Made by a program: the position numbers and the translations under genes. A stretch of DNA of 64,000 nt, taken from positions 40,314 to 104,313 of the forward strand of contig CAWGGO010000009.1 in assembly GCA_963822205.1 (NCBI GenBank), read 5' to 3'. Positions 18,551-29,356 of this stretch are shown here, piece after piece; position 1 is the first letter of the stretch; each line of letters opens with the position of its first letter. The notes under the pieces were generated by a model, which searched no databases, was not told the origin of the DNA, and was given only the letters and a program-made list of their open reading frames with translations. The DNA is from an uncultured Gaiellaceae bacterium (GTDB lineage: Bacteria > Actinomycetota > Thermoleophilia > Gaiellales > Gaiellaceae).

Positions 18551-19676
18551 TCAGCGGGGCTCGCGCACGGGATAGTCCCGGCGCGGCTCGCCGACGTACT
18601 CGGAGCTCGGCCTGATGATCTTCCCGCCCGCGTGCTGCTCGAGCACATGCGCTGCCTGGCCGGCCACGCGGCTCATCTCGAAGAGCGGGATGAAGAGGTC
18701 GGTCGGGATGCCGAGGTAGTGGTAGAGCACTCCCGAGTAGAGGTCGACGTTCGGCCAGAGCCCCTTCTGCTCGTGCGCTTCCTGCTCGGCCGCCGCGGCG
18801 AGCTCGAGGTAGTTGGGCTCGCCGTCGTCCGCGAAAGACTCCGAGAGCCGGCGCAGGATCGGCGCGCGCGGGTCCATCGCGCGGTAGAGCGGGTGCCCGA
18901 AGCCGTAGAGCGGCTGCTTCGCCTCCAGCCGGGCACGAATGCCGTCGGCGACGCTCGCGACGGAGCCGAACTGCTCGAGCATCGCCATCGCCGCGACGTT
19001 GGCGCCTCCGTGCAGCGGTCCTTTCAGCGCGCAGATCGCCGCCACGATCGCGGAGTGCATGTCGGCGTTCGTGCCGGCGACCACGCGCGCGGCGAACGTC
19101 GACGCGTTCAGCTCGTGCTCGGCGTGGAGGATCATCGCGATCTCGAACGCGCGCGCCTCCTCCGCGGTCGGCGCCTCGCCGCGCAGCATCGTCAGGAAAT
19201 TCTCCGCGTACCCGAGCGACGGGTCGGGGTCGACGGCGGGCTCGCCGCGGCGCCGGCGCTCGTAGCGCGCGACGATCGTCGGCAGCTGCGCGATCAGGAC
19301 GACGGCCTTCCGGTGCTCGCTCGCGCCGGTCGATCGCGTCCTCGGCCGGGTCCGAGAAGGACAGCGCGGAGACGGCCGTCCGCATCGTCTCCATCGGCGA
19401 TGCGTCCATCGCGTTCCCGTCGACGACCGTCGTCACGGCCGGTGGCAGCGTGCGCGCTTCTGCCAGCTGCTCCTTGAACGCCTCCAGCTCGTCGCCGGAC
19501 GGCAGCTCGCCCTCGAGCAGCAGGTACGCGACCTCCTCGTAGCTCGAATGCTCGGCGAGCTCGGCGATGTCGTAGCCGCGGTACATGAGCACGCCGGCAT
19601 CCGGGTCGATCGAGCAGATGCTCGTCTCGGCGACCGAGACGCCCGAGAGCGCGACGGACTTCTTCGGGCCTGGCAT
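18551..19676 (-). CDS. Citrate (or 2-methylcitrate) synthase (first of a tandem pair; one frame switch near 19320)
   Basis: The N-terminus reads [41 protein letters not shown]. The rest lies in the frame of ORF 18551..19189, with [19 protein letters not shown] and [14 protein letters not shown]. Confidence 0.8.
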
Positions 19677-19733
19677 GGCCGGACATTACCCGCAACGCCT
19701 GAAGCGCAATCGGTCGGTAGAGTCCGGCGCCGT

Positions 19734-20825
19734 ATGGCGCATCCTGTGACTCTGATCCCCGGCGACGGCACCGGCCCCGAGCTCGCGGAGGCGACCCGCC
19801 GTGTGCTCGAGGCGACCGGCGTCGAGTTCGAGTGGGATGTGCAGCACGCGGGCACCGACGTGATGGATCAGAACGACGGCAACCCGCTGCCGGAGCACGT
19901 GCTCGAGTCGATCCGCAGAAGCGGGACCGCGCTGAAGGGACCGATCACGACCCCGGTCGGCAAGGGCTTCCGCTCGGTCAACGTCGGCCTGCGCAAGTCG
20001 CTCGACCTCTACGGGCAGATCCGGCCCTGCAAGAGCTACGCGGGCGTGCGCTCCAGGTACGAAGACGTCGACCTGATCGTGGTGCGCGAGAACACCGAGG
20101 ACCTCTACGCCGGCGTCGAGTTCGAGGAGGGCACCGAGGACGCGGACGAGCTGCTCGACTGGCTCGCCTCCAAGGGCTACGACAAGATTCGCCGTGACTC
20201 CGGAATCTCGATCAAGCCGATCTCCGAGACCGGCACGCGCCAGATCGTCCAGTTCGCCTTCGACTACGCGCGCCGCAACGGCCGCCGCAAGGTCACGGCC
20301 GTCCACAAGGCGAACATCATGAAGTTCACCGACGGGCTCTGGCTCCAGATCGCTCAGGACGTGGCTGCCGAGAACGCCGACATCGAGTTCGACGACCGGA
20401 TCGTGGACAACCTCTGCATGCAGCTCGTCCAGCGGCCGGAGGAGTACGACGTGCTCGTGCTGCCGAATCTCTACGGCGACATCGTCTCCGATCTCTGCGC
20501 CGGCCTGATCGGCGGGCTTGGTCTCGCGCCGGGCGGCAACTTCGGCGCGGCCGCGGCCGTCTTCGAGCCGACTCACGGCTCGGCGCCCAAGTACGCGGGC
20601 CAGAACAAGGTCAACCCGATGGCGATGATGCTCTCCGGGATGCTGATGCTGCGCCACCTCGACGAGACCGACGCCGCCCAGCGGCTGGAGCGCGCGATCG
20701 CCGAGGTGATCGCCGAGGGCAAGAGCGTCACCTACGACATGAAGCCGAGCCGCGACGACCCGACCGCGGTCGGCACGAGCGAGGTCGCTGACGCAATCAT
20801 CGAGAAGCTGGAGGTGTCGTCGTGA
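19734..20825 (+). CDS. icd: Isocitrate dehydrogenase (isocitrate/isopropylmalate dehydrogenase family, short homodimeric type)
   Basis: Segments are [51 protein letters not shown] and [10 protein letters not shown]. The TCA-cycle neighbours favour IDH over IPMDH. Confidence 0.8.
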   Translation: MAHPVTLIPGDGTGPELAEATRRVLEATGVEFEWDVQHAGTDVMDQNDGNPLPEHVLESIRRSGTALKGPITTPVGKGFRSVNVGLRKSLDLYGQIRPCKSYAGVRSRYEDVDLIVVRENTEDLYAGVEFEEGTEDADELLDWLASKGYDKIRRDSGISIKPISETGTRQIVQFAFDYARRNGRRKVTAVHKANIMKFTDGLWLQIAQDVAAENADIEFDDRIVDNLCMQLVQRPEEYDVLVLPNLYGDIVSDLCAGLIGGLGLAPGGNFGAAAAVFEPTHGSAPKYAGQNKVNPMAMMLSGMLMLRHLDETDAAQRLERAIAEVIAEGKSVTYDMKPSRDDPTAVGTSEVADAIIEKLEVSS

Positions 20826-21745
20826 GGCCCAAGGTCACCGTTGTCGGAGCAGGCAACGTCGGCGCCACCTGCGCGCAGGAGCTCGCTCGCCGCGATTACG
20901 CCGACGTCGTGCTCGTCGACATCAAGGAAGGGCTCCCGCAGGGCAAGGCTCTGGACATCAACCAGGCGGCCGCCGTGCTCGGCTACGAGGCGAACGTCAC
21001 CGGCTCGAACGGCTACGAGGAGACGGCCGGCTCGGAGGTCGTCGTGATCACGGCCGGCCTGCCGCGCCAGCCCGGGATGAGCCGGGACGACCTCGTCAGC
21101 ACGAACGAGGGGATCGTCAAGTCGGTCACCGAGCAGGTGGTCGCGGCGAGCCCCGAGGCGATCCTCGTCGTCGTCTCGAACCCGCTCGACGCGATGTGCC
21201 ACGTGGCGAAGAACGTCTCCGGCTGGGCGAAGGAGCGTGTCTTCGGGATGGCCGGCATCCTCGACACGGCCCGCTTCTCGGCCTTCATCGCCTGGGAGAC
21301 CGGCATGTCGATCAAGGACGTGACCGCGATGGTGCTCGGCGGGCACGGCGACCAGATGGTGCCGGTCGTCTCCGCGACAACCGTCGGCGGGATCCCGCTG
21401 CGGAAGCTCGCGCCCGAGGACAGGATCCAGGCGATGGTCGAGCGCACCGCCAAGGGCGGCGGCGAGCTCGTCAACCTGCTCGGCACCTCGGCCTGGTACG
21501 CACCCGGCGCGGCCGCCGCGCAGATGGTCGACGCGATCGTCCTCGACGAGAAGCGCGTGCTGCCGTGCACCGCGTACCTCGAGGGCGAGTACGGGATCGA
21601 CGGCCTCTACATGGGCGTGCCGGCCGTACTCGGCTCGAAGGGGATCGAACGCATCGTCGAGCTCGACCTCGACGACGCCGAGCAGCAGGCGCTGAAGGCG
21701 TCCGCGGACGCGGTCCGCGACGTCGTCTCCGTCTTGACCACCTAG
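20822..21745 (+). CDS. mdh: Malate dehydrogenase (LDH-like type)
   Basis: This is an intact 307-aa ORF. Segments are [31 protein letters not shown] and GGHGDQMVP. Confidence 0.95.
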   Translation: MRPKVTVVGAGNVGATCAQELARRDYADVVLVDIKEGLPQGKALDINQAAAVLGYEANVTGSNGYEETAGSEVVVITAGLPRQPGMSRDDLVSTNEGIVKSVTEQVVAASPEAILVVVSNPLDAMCHVAKNVSGWAKERVFGMAGILDTARFSAFIAWETGMSIKDVTAMVLGGHGDQMVPVVSATTVGGIPLRKLAPEDRIQAMVERTAKGGGELVNLLGTSAWYAPGAAAAQMVDAIVLDEKRVLPCTAYLEGEYGIDGLYMGVPAVLGSKGIERIVELDLDDAEQQALKASADAVRDVVSVLTT

Positions 21746-22491
21746 TGGACCTCGACCTCGGCGGGCGCACGGCGATCGTCTGCGGCGCGTCCGCCGGGCT
21801 CGGGCTCGCTGCGCGGAGTCGCTCGCCGGCGAGGGCGCGAACGTCGTCATGTTCGCCCGCCGCGAGGAGGAGCTCGAGCGCGAGGCTGCCCGGCTCGGCG
21901 CGCTTGCCGTCGCCGGAGACGTCACCGCGCGGCCGACCTGGAGCGGCTCGTCGCGACGGCCGTCGACGCCTTCGGCGGCATCGACGTCGTCGTCTCAACG
22001 GCGGCGGGCCGCCGACCGGCCCCGCCGCCGACGTGTCCGACGAGGCGGTCGACGTCCGCGTATGAGCTCGCTGCTGCTGCCGGCGATCCGGCTCGTCCGG
22101 CTCTGCCTGCCGCACCTCGAAGCGAGCGGCCGGGGACGCGTGATCGCGATCACGTCGAGCCACGGTCAAGGAGCCGACCCCGAACCTGGCGCTCTCGAAC
22201 GCGATGCGGCCCGGGCTCGTCGGCTGGCTGAAGACGCTCGCACGCGAAGTCGGGCCGGAAGGCGATGACCGTCAACTGCGTCGCGCCCGGCCGGATCGAC
22301 ACAGCAGCGGCTCGCAGAGGTCTATCCGGAAGGGCCGAGCGAGGCCGATCTCGCCGCAGATCCCGGTCGGGCGCTGGGGCGTTCCGCGCGAGCTCGGCGA
22401 TGTCGTCTGCTTCCTCGCGTCCGAGCGCGCCGCGTACATCACCGGCACGACCATCGGGGTCGACGGCGGCCTCACCCGGGGCCTGCTGTGA
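21745..22491 (+). CDS. Short-chain dehydrogenase/reductase (SDR); multiple frame switches
   Basis: The GTG overlaps the mdh stop. Segments are GRTAIVCGASAGLGLA (TGxxxGxG), ..NVVMFARREEELE.., ..AITSS.. and ..VNCVAPGRIDT..GRWGVPRELGDVVCFLASERAAYITGTTIGVDGGLTRGLL*. The pieces lie in at least three frames. Confidence 0.65.
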
Positions 22492-23493
22492 AGCCGACGA
22501 GCGCTCATCGGCACGGGGCTGGTCGCTCGCCGCGGTCGCGCTGGGCATTGCGTGGCTGCTTCCCTCGAACAGCTATCTGCTGCTGCCCGACCGCGCGAAG
22601 CCGCTCGAGCCGATGGTGAAGGTCCAGGGCGAGAAGGACACGGGGCCCGGGCGGGATCTACTACGTGGACGTGATCGTCCGCAAGGCGAGCCTGCTCGAG
22701 AAGCTCGTCTCGGGCGCACGCGCCCGACGGAGCGGATCTCGTGCCCGAGGAGGCGCTCGTGCCACCCGGCTCGAACATCCGCGAGCGGCGCCGCCAGAAC
22801 CTCCGCCAGATGGACCGCTCGGAGGAGGTCGCGGCAGCCGTCGCGCTGCGCGAGCTCGGGTACGAGGTCGATGCGAAGCCCGAGGGCGCTCAGGTCGTCG
22901 CCGTCGCGCAGGACGCGCCCGCGGCGGGCAAGCTCGAGCCGACCGAGGTGATCGTCGCGGTCGACGGCGATCCCGTGCGCACCCCGGACGACCTGCGCCG
23001 GCTGATCGCGAAGCACAAGCCGGGAGAGACCGTGCGCCTGCGGGTACGGGCGGGAGGTGCGACGCGCGTCGTCGAGGTCGGCACGATCGAAAGCCCCGAC
23101 GAGCAGGGCCGTCCGATCGTCGGCATCCAGGTCGAGCAGTTCGCCGACATCAAGCTCCCGATCGGCGTCGAGATCGACCTCGGCGGCGTCGGCGGGCCTT
23201 CGGCAGGGCTCGCGTTCGCCCTCGACGTCGTCGAGGAACTGCGCGGCAACGTCGACCGCGGCCTCCGAGTCGCCGTGACGGGCGAGCTCGAGCTCGACGG
23301 CGGCGTCGCGCCGATCGGAGGCATCAAGCAGAAGGTGATCGGCGCGAGGCGCTCCGACGCCGACGTCTTCCTCGTTCCGGCTGGGGATAACGCCGTGGAG
23401 GCACGCCGGCATGCAGGGGATCTCCGCATCATCGCTGTGGAGAGTTTTGGACAGGCGTTGCGCGCGCTGGCAACGCTGCCGAGAAAAGCGTAA
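22488..23493 (+). CDS. PDZ domain + Lon-like (S16) C-terminal domain protein (YlbL/SdrC-like); frame switches near 22503, 22660 and 22730
   Basis: A GTGA overlap joins it to the SDR stop. The N-terminal TM segment reads WSLAAVALGIAWLL. The PDZ part reads AAGKLEPTEVIVAVDGDPVRTPDDLRRLI. The Lon-like part reads GGPSAGLAFAL..VAVTGELELDGGVAPIGGIKQKVIGA. Confidence 0.7.
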
Positions 23494-23627
23494 TAAGCAG
23501 CAACTTTCTCAGGTACGGAAAGCTCCGGAAATTGCACCGTTTTCCTCGAACGGGGGGTTGCCGTCGGGCGAAGTCGCCTCCATAGTCGCTCCTGTTCAGG
23601 GGGGACGAGACACGAGCAAAAGGGGAT

Positions 23628-23810
23628 ATGAGCAAGCGTACTGAAGCAAGCTGTAATGATTGCTACTTCCGCCGAGCGGGGCTGTGCGCTCTCCCCGGCG
23701 ATAACCCCTGCCCGACGTTCCGCCTTGCGGCGGCGGGTGCGCTCGCGCCGCCCCGACAGCCACGCCTCGTCCCCCGTACGGCCCCGGCGCCGACCTTCGC
23801 AGCAGCGTAG
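23628..23810 (+). CDS. Small Cys-rich protein (CX2CX7CX7C), function unknown
   Basis: The ORF encodes 60 aa: MSKRTEASCNDCYFRRAGLCALPGDNPCPTFRLAAAG.. It has an SD-like AAAGGGGA 5 nt upstream. GC3 is high after the first ~10 codons. It sits in a 134-nt region that is AT-richer than the surroundings. Confidence 0.4.
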   Translation: MSKRTEASCNDCYFRRAGLCALPGDNPCPTFRLAAAGALAPPRQPRLVPRTAPAPTFAAA

Positions 23811-23819
23811 GCTTCCTGC

Positions 23820-24137
23820 ATGAACGAGGGGCCCTCGAGGGACGAGTCGCCGCGCGACGAGTTCGATCGGAGCTGGCAGCCGCGGCTCTGGATCACGCTC
23901 GGCCTGCTGATCCTGATCGGCGCCTATCTGATCGGCTTTGTCGTCGGCAACGACCAGGAGGCATCGGTCGACTTCGTCTTCGCCGAGGCGCGGACCTCGC
24001 TGATCTGGGTGATCCTGCTCTCGCTACTCGCCGGCCTCGTCGGCGGCGTGCTGCTCTCGCAGCTGCACGGGCGCCGTCAGCGCAGGAAGGACGCGAGGAT
24101 GGAGACGCCTTCCTCGATCGCCGACGGCGACTCGTAG
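23820..24137 (+). CDS. LapA-domain (DUF1049)-like small membrane protein
   Basis: Two TM helices (LWITLGLLILIGAYLIGFVVG and LIWVILLSLLAGLVGGVLL) are followed by a basic tail, RRQRRKD. Confidence 0.5.
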   Translation: MNEGPSRDESPRDEFDRSWQPRLWITLGLLILIGAYLIGFVVGNDQEASVDFVFAEARTSLIWVILLSLLAGLVGGVLLSQLHGRRQRRKDARMETPSSIADGDS

Positions 24138-25146
24138 CTGAAGGCCAGCCTGGCCGACCGGGCGCCGTCCTCGCCGCCGGGGAAGAAGTCCGCTCCCTTG
24201 ACGAACGTGACCCCCGCCGCCTCGGCTCGGGTGAGTAGCTCGCTCGCGTCGACCGGAAGGTCGACCCAGAGGAAGTAGCCGCCTTCCGGCTCGCTCCAGG
24301 TCGCCGCGCCCTCGAGCGTTGCGCCGAGCGCGCCGAGCATCGCGTCCCGTCGCTGCCGGAGCAGCCCCTTGACCCGCTCGAGGTTCGGCTCGAAGGCGCC
24401 CCGCGCGATCAGCTCGTGCACCGTCGCCTGGGTGAGGAAAGGGGGCGAGATGTAGTTCGAGACGGCGCGCGCCTCGAGTCGGGACGCGAGGTCGGCGGGT
24501 GCGACGAACCACCCGACACGGACGCCGGGCGCAACCGTCTTCGAGAACGAGGACGCGTAGGTGACGAGCTCGCCGCCCTCGAGCTCGTGCAAAGACGGGG
24601 GCGCCTCGCCCTCGTAGCGAACGAGCCCGTACGGATCGTCCTCGAGCAGCGGCACTCCGTGCGTGGCCGCGAGCTCGACGACGCGGCGCCGTCGTTCGGT
24701 CGAGAGCGTGCGGCCGCTGGGGTTCTGGAAGGTGGGGATCGTGTAGACGAAGCTCGGTCTGGCCGGCGGCGAGCTCGCGCTCGAGCGCGTCCGGGTCGAG
24801 CCCTTCTCCGTCCATCGCGACGCGGGCGGACGTCGGCGCCGAGCCGCGCAAGGATCTTCAGCGGCCGGTCATAGGTCGGCGCCTCCACGAGCACCCGCCC
24901 GGGACGCTCGGCCAGCAGCTCCTCGGCGTAGAAGACGAAGCCCTGGAGACCCCCGTTCGTGACGACGACCCGTCCCGGCTCGACTCCATGTCGGTTGCCG
25001 AGCCATTCGCGGAGCGGGCCGTAGCCGCCGCCGGGACCGTACGCGAGCACCGACGGATCGCGCTGGATCGCCGACCGCGCGCAGTCGGCGAGCAACTCGG
25101 CGTCGAGGCACTCGAGCGCGGGTGCGCCACGGGCGAAGGAGATCAT
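24077..25146 (-). CDS. PLP-dependent aminotransferase, class I/II (frame switches near 24660 and 24800)
   Basis: Segments are MISFARGAPALECLD.., YGPGGGYGPLREWL.., VVVTNGGLQGF.., LLEDDPYGLVRYEG.. and YASSFSKTVAPGVRVGW (the PLP lysine in SFSK). Confidence 0.7.
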
Positions 25147-25302
25147 GCGGTTCACCCTAACTGCCGATACTGCTGCTACTTTGGTTCTTACGGACGGCGT
25201 GGTGTCGTCCTGTGAGGTTTGTTCTTCTTCGGATACCCCTGTGATGGCACAGGCGGTCGGGGCAGGCGGATCTCGACCGATCACGAAGGAGTCGAATCGA
25301 AT

Positions 25303-26493
25303 ATGCAGTCTTTCCTCGAGCTGGGTGTCTCCCCGCGCGTCGCTGAGGCGCTCGCGGACCGGGACATCCTCGCTCCGTTCCGAATTCAAGGGCTCGTCCT
25401 GCCGGACGCGCTCGCCGGGCGCGACGTGCTGGCCAAGTCGCCGACAGGATCCGGCAAGACGCTCGCCTTCGCCGTGCCGCTCGTCGAGCGGCTCGACGCG
25501 AGCGACGCACGACCGTCGGGGCTCGTGCTCGTGCCCACGCGTGAGCTCGCCGCCCAGGTGACGGCGGAGATCCAGACGATCGCGCCCGCTTGCGATCTCC
25601 GGGTCGCCGCGGTCTACGGCGGCGTCTCGATCTCCGCGCAGGCGAAGGCCTCGCGCGAGGCCCACATCCTCGTCGCGACGCCCGGCCGCCTCCAGGACCT
25701 GATCGAGCGGAAGATCGTCTCGCTCGACGGTGTCAGGATGCTGATCCTCGACGAAGCCGACCGGATGCTCGACATGGGCTTCCAGCCGCAGGTCGACCGG
25801 ATCGTCGCGCGGCTGCCCCGCAGGCGCCAGACGATGTTCTTCTCGGCGACGCTCGACGGCCAGGTCGGAGAGCTCGCACGCGCGTACACGACCAACCCCT
25901 CCCGCTTCGAGGCCGAGCTGACGATCGACCAGCAGCAGGGGGAGATCGACCACAAGTTCGTGCCGGTGACCGCCGACAACAAGGTCGAGACGCTCGCCGC
26001 CCTGCTGGCGCAGGAGCGCGGGCTCGCCCTCGTCTTCGTGCGCACGAAGCGCGGGGCCGACCGGCTCGTCCAGAAGCTGGCACGCCACGACGTCAGCGCG
26101 GTTGCGATGCACGGCGACATGAACCAGAGCCAGCGCGAGCGCGCGCTGAAGCGCTTCGAGCAGGGCACGATCAAGACGCTCGTCGCCACCGACGTCGCCG
26201 CCCGCGGCCTCGACCTCGACGACATCACGCACGTGATCAACTTCGATCCGCCCGAGGAGCACAACGGCTACATCCATCGCGTCGGCCGCACAGGCCGCGC
26301 CGGCCGGAACGGCACCGGCGTGACGCTGGTGCTCCCGGAGCAGCAGGCCGAGGTCAGCCACGTCGCGCGGATGCTCGGTCACACCGAGCAGTTCAAGAGC
26401 GAGGGGATGACCGTGGCGCCGCCGCGGCTCGTCTACGCGTCGAAGCGGCGCAACTCCAAGTGGGGCCCCACCCGGCCCCGCCGCAAGATCTAA
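25303..26493 (+). CDS. DEAD-box ATP-dependent RNA helicase
   Basis: The ORF is intact. Motifs are Q motif/AKSPTGSGKT (I), PTRELA (Ia), DEAD (II), SAT (III) and HRVGRTGRAG (VI), with a basic C-terminal tail. Confidence 0.95.
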   Translation: MQSFLELGVSPRVAEALADRDILAPFRIQGLVLPDALAGRDVLAKSPTGSGKTLAFAVPLVERLDASDARPSGLVLVPTRELAAQVTAEIQTIAPACDLRVAAVYGGVSISAQAKASREAHILVATPGRLQDLIERKIVSLDGVRMLILDEADRMLDMGFQPQVDRIVARLPRRRQTMFFSATLDGQVGELARAYTTNPSRFEAELTIDQQQGEIDHKFVPVTADNKVETLAALLAQERGLALVFVRTKRGADRLVQKLARHDVSAVAMHGDMNQSQRERALKRFEQGTIKTLVATDVAARGLDLDDITHVINFDPPEEHNGYIHRVGRTGRAGRNGTGVTLVLPEQQAEVSHVARMLGHTEQFKSEGMTVAPPRLVYASKRRNSKWGPTRPRRKI

Positions 26494-26510
26494 GCGCAGC
26501 GCGACCGAGA

Positions 26511-26539
26511 AGGCCTAGTAACAGTCTGTTACTAGGCCT
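26511..26539. repeat. 29-nt perfect palindrome AGGCCTAGTAACAG-T-CTGTTACTAGGCCT (copy B1)
   Basis: Read directly from the sequence, 18 nt after the helicase TAA. It differs from copies A and B2 by a compensatory pair (CCAAG..CTTGG -> CCTAG..CTAGG). Confidence 0.9.
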
Positions 26540-26568
26540 CGTTCGCTGCGGCAGCCGGATCGAGCTCG

Positions 26569-26591
26569 CCAAGTAACAGTCTGTTACTTGG
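26569..26591. repeat. 23-nt perfect palindrome CCAAGTAACAG-T-CTGTTACTTGG (copy B2)
   Basis: Read directly from the sequence. It ends 13 nt before the ahcY ATG, and its centre is 55 bp from the centre of copy B1. Confidence 0.9.
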
Positions 26592-26604
26592 ATACATTCG
26601 CGGC

Positions 26605-27848
26605 ATGGACGCCGCCGCCCGCTCGAACATCGCCGATCCGTCGCTCGCTCCCGAGGGTGAGCAGCGGATCCAGTGGGTCGCCAAGCATTCGCCCGTCCTC
26701 AACGCGCTGGCGCGCGAGCGGCTCTCCGACGGCGCGCTGAAAGGCCGCCGGGTCGCGGTCGTCGTCCATCTCGAGGCAAAGACCGCCTACCTCGCGACGC
26801 TGCTTGCGGACGCGGGCGCGCAGGTCGTTGCCTCCGGCTCGAACCCCGGCTCGACCCAGGACGCGATCTGCGCCGCACTCGTCGCGCGCGGGATCGAGGT
26901 GCACGCCAGGCACGGTGCCTCGCGCGAGCAGTTCGACGCCGACCTGCTCGCGGTCGCCGACACCCGCCCGGAGATCGTCGTCGACGACGGCGCCGAGCTG
27001 ACGGCACGGATCGTCGAGCACCGGCCCGAGCTCGCCGCGGAGCTCGCGGGCGTGACCGAGGAGACGACCACGGGCGTTGCACGGCTGCGCGCGATGGAGG
27101 CGGCGGGCAAGCTGACCTTCCCGGCGATCGCCGCGAACGATGCCCTCTGCAAGCACCTGTTCGACAACCGCTACGGCACCGGCCAGTCGACGCTCGCCGC
27201 GATCGACCGGCTGACGAACCTCAACTTCGCCGGGCGCGAGTTCTGCATCGTCGGCTACGGCTGGGTCGGCAAGGGTCTCGCCCGCGCGGCCCGCGGCGCC
27301 GGCGGCCGCGTCACCGTGGTCGAGATCGACCCGGTCGCCGCGCTCGAGGCGCACATGGACGGCAACCGAGTCGCTTCGCTCGAGCAGGCGCTACCCGACG
27401 CGGACGTCCTCATCTCCGCGACCGGCGCGATCGACGCCGTGCCCGCTTCGGCGCTGCAGTACCTGAAGGACGGCGTCCTGATCGCGAACGGCGGCCACCA
27501 CGAGCGCGAGGTCGCGATCGACGGCCTCGGCCCCGGCGAGGAGGTGCGGCCGGGCGTGACCGAGCACGACCTCGGCGGCGGCCGCCACGCCTACGTGCTC
27601 GCCGGAGGGCCGGCAGACGAACGTCGCCGGCGGCGACGGCCATCCCGGTCGAGATCATGGACCTGTCCTTCTCGGTGCAGGCCCTGGCCGCGCACCTGCT
27701 CGCACACGGCGGCCTCGAGCCGGGCCTGCACTCGTTCCCGGCCGAGCTCGACCGCGAGATCGCGCGCACGAAGCTCGCGACGCTCGGGCTCGAGCTGGGC
27801 GAGCGGACGGAGAAGCAGCGCGAGTTCGAAGCCCGCTGGCGCGTCTAG
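26605..27848 (+). CDS. ahcY: Adenosylhomocysteinase
   Basis: Segments are VVVHLEAKTAYL, TEETTTGV, the NAD-binding IVGYGWVGKG, and GHPVEIMDLSFSVQALA. There are frame switches around 27600-27640. The C-terminus lies in the frame of ORF 26673..27848. Confidence 0.85.
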
Positions 27849-28715
27849 CGCGGCGAGCTCGGCGGCGAACTGCGCCGCCTCGGTCGGTGAGGTGCCGACG
27901 CGGATCCCCTTCGCCTCGAGCGCTTCCTTCTTGCCCTGCGCGGTGCCGGAGGAGCCGGAGATGATCGCGCCGGCGTGGCCCATCGTCTTGCCGGGAGGCG
28001 CAGTGAAGCCGGCGATGTAGGCGACGACGGGCTTCGTCACGTGCGCCTCGATGAACGCGGCCGCCTTCTCCTCCTCGTCGCCGCCGATCTCGCCGACCAT
28101 GACCACGTACTCGGTCTGCGGGTCGGACTCGAACTTCTCCAGCACGTCGATGAACGAGGAGCCGACGATCGGGTCGCCGCCGATCCCGACGATCGTCGAG
28201 TTGCCGAGGCCCATCTGCGTCAGCTCGTGGCCGATCTGGTAGGTCAGCGTCCCGGAGCGCGAGACGAGCCCGATGTTCCCCTCGGTGAAGATCTCCGCCG
28301 GGATGATCCCGACGTTCGCCTTGCCCGGCGAGAGCGCGCCGGGGCAGTTCGGGCCGAGCATGGTCACGCCCTTGGGGCGGATGTAGGTGTAGATGCGGAG
28401 CATCTCGTGGGCGGGCAGGCCCTCGGCGATGCAGATGACGGTGCCGATGCCCGCGTCGACGGCCTCGTAGATCGCGTCGGCTGCAAAGCGCGCCGGGACG
28501 AAGACCATCGTCGTGTTCGCGCCCGTCTCGGCGACCGCGTCCGCGACCGTGTTGAAGACCGGAATTCCCTCGACGTCCTGACCGCCCTTGCCCGGGGTCA
28601 CACCGGCGACGACCTGGGTGCCGTAGCGCTTGTTCCGGAGGCCGTGGAACGATCCCTCGGAGCCGGTCAGGCCCTGGACGAGCAGCTTCGTGTCCTTGTC
28701 GACGATGATCGCCAT
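27845..28715 (-). CDS. sucD: Succinyl-CoA ligase subunit alpha
   Basis: Segments are [29 protein letters not shown] and GHAGAII (the phosphohistidine loop). As assembled there is no in-frame stop until 27591. The 3' end was therefore placed at the CTAG shared with the ahcY stop, which assumes one indel. Confidence 0.85.
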
Positions 28716-29356
28716 CAGTGGCTCTTCCGCGCTCTTCAGGACGAGCTTCGTGTCGACGTACTCGTCGCCCTCGATCTGGTCGGCCAGCAGCTCCTTCACG
28801 CGCCCGCGGTCGTCTGCGGGCGTCTCCGAGCGATCGAGCCACTCCTCCAGCGGGTGCCGCTTCTCGAACGACTCGACCTGCTCGACCTCGAGCCCTGCGG
28901 CCTCGAGGAACGAGCGCCACTCCTGCTCGGTGTAGGAGCGGACGTGCGTGGGGTCACGGAGCTTCTCGGCCTCCTCGACCTGCGTCGCTCACGTAGAGCG
29001 TGTCCTCGACGACGACGAGGTCGTTGCTGACGCGCGCCATCTCGGCGACGGCGGCGGCGACGTCGTCGAAGTGGTGCGGCGCGATCCGGGTGACGACGAG
29101 ATCGAACGCGTTGTCCGCGAACGGCAGATCCTCGGCGCGGCAGATCACGTCGGGCTTCATCCCCGGGGCGGGGTCGGAGCTGACGACCTCGACCCCCGCC
29201 TCCCGCAGCCGGCGCGCGACATGACCGCCGCCGGTGGCGACGTCGAGCGCCGTCTCGGCGCCCTCGGCCCAGCGGACGATCAGGTCGAGATCCTCGCCCT
29301 CGCGGTGCTCGGGCGCGTTGCGGTACGCCTCGGCGCGCGACGACCAGTCAGCTCAC
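28716..29356 (-). CDS. Class I SAM-dependent methyltransferase (type 11-like) inserted between sucC and sucD
   Basis: Hand translation gives (GTG)S[D]WSSRAEAYRNAPEHREGEDLDLIVRWAEGAETALDVATGGGHVARRL..EDLPFADNAFDLVVTRIAPHHF.., then after a switch near 28975 ..EVEEAEKLRDPTHVRSYTEQEWRSFLEAAGLEVEQVESFEKRHPLEEWL. The GTG overlaps the sucC TGA. No in-frame stop precedes the sucD ATG. Confidence 0.6.

Noticed and set aside
17451-19676. A 741-aa single protein spanning both citrate synthases
   Set aside because: The middle third is Arg-rich nonsense. The real C-terminal half of the first synthase lies in the frame of ORF 18551..19189 and ends with a stop at 18551. The second synthase has its own ATG at 18536.
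26494-26604. An SAH riboswitch upstream of ahcY, or Moco or purine riboswitches upstream of the mod and pur genes
   Set aside because: The ahcY leader is only 111 nt and is essentially occupied by the two simple palindromes, with no multi-helix riboswitch-like architecture. The leaders of the mod and pur genes are under 50 nt.
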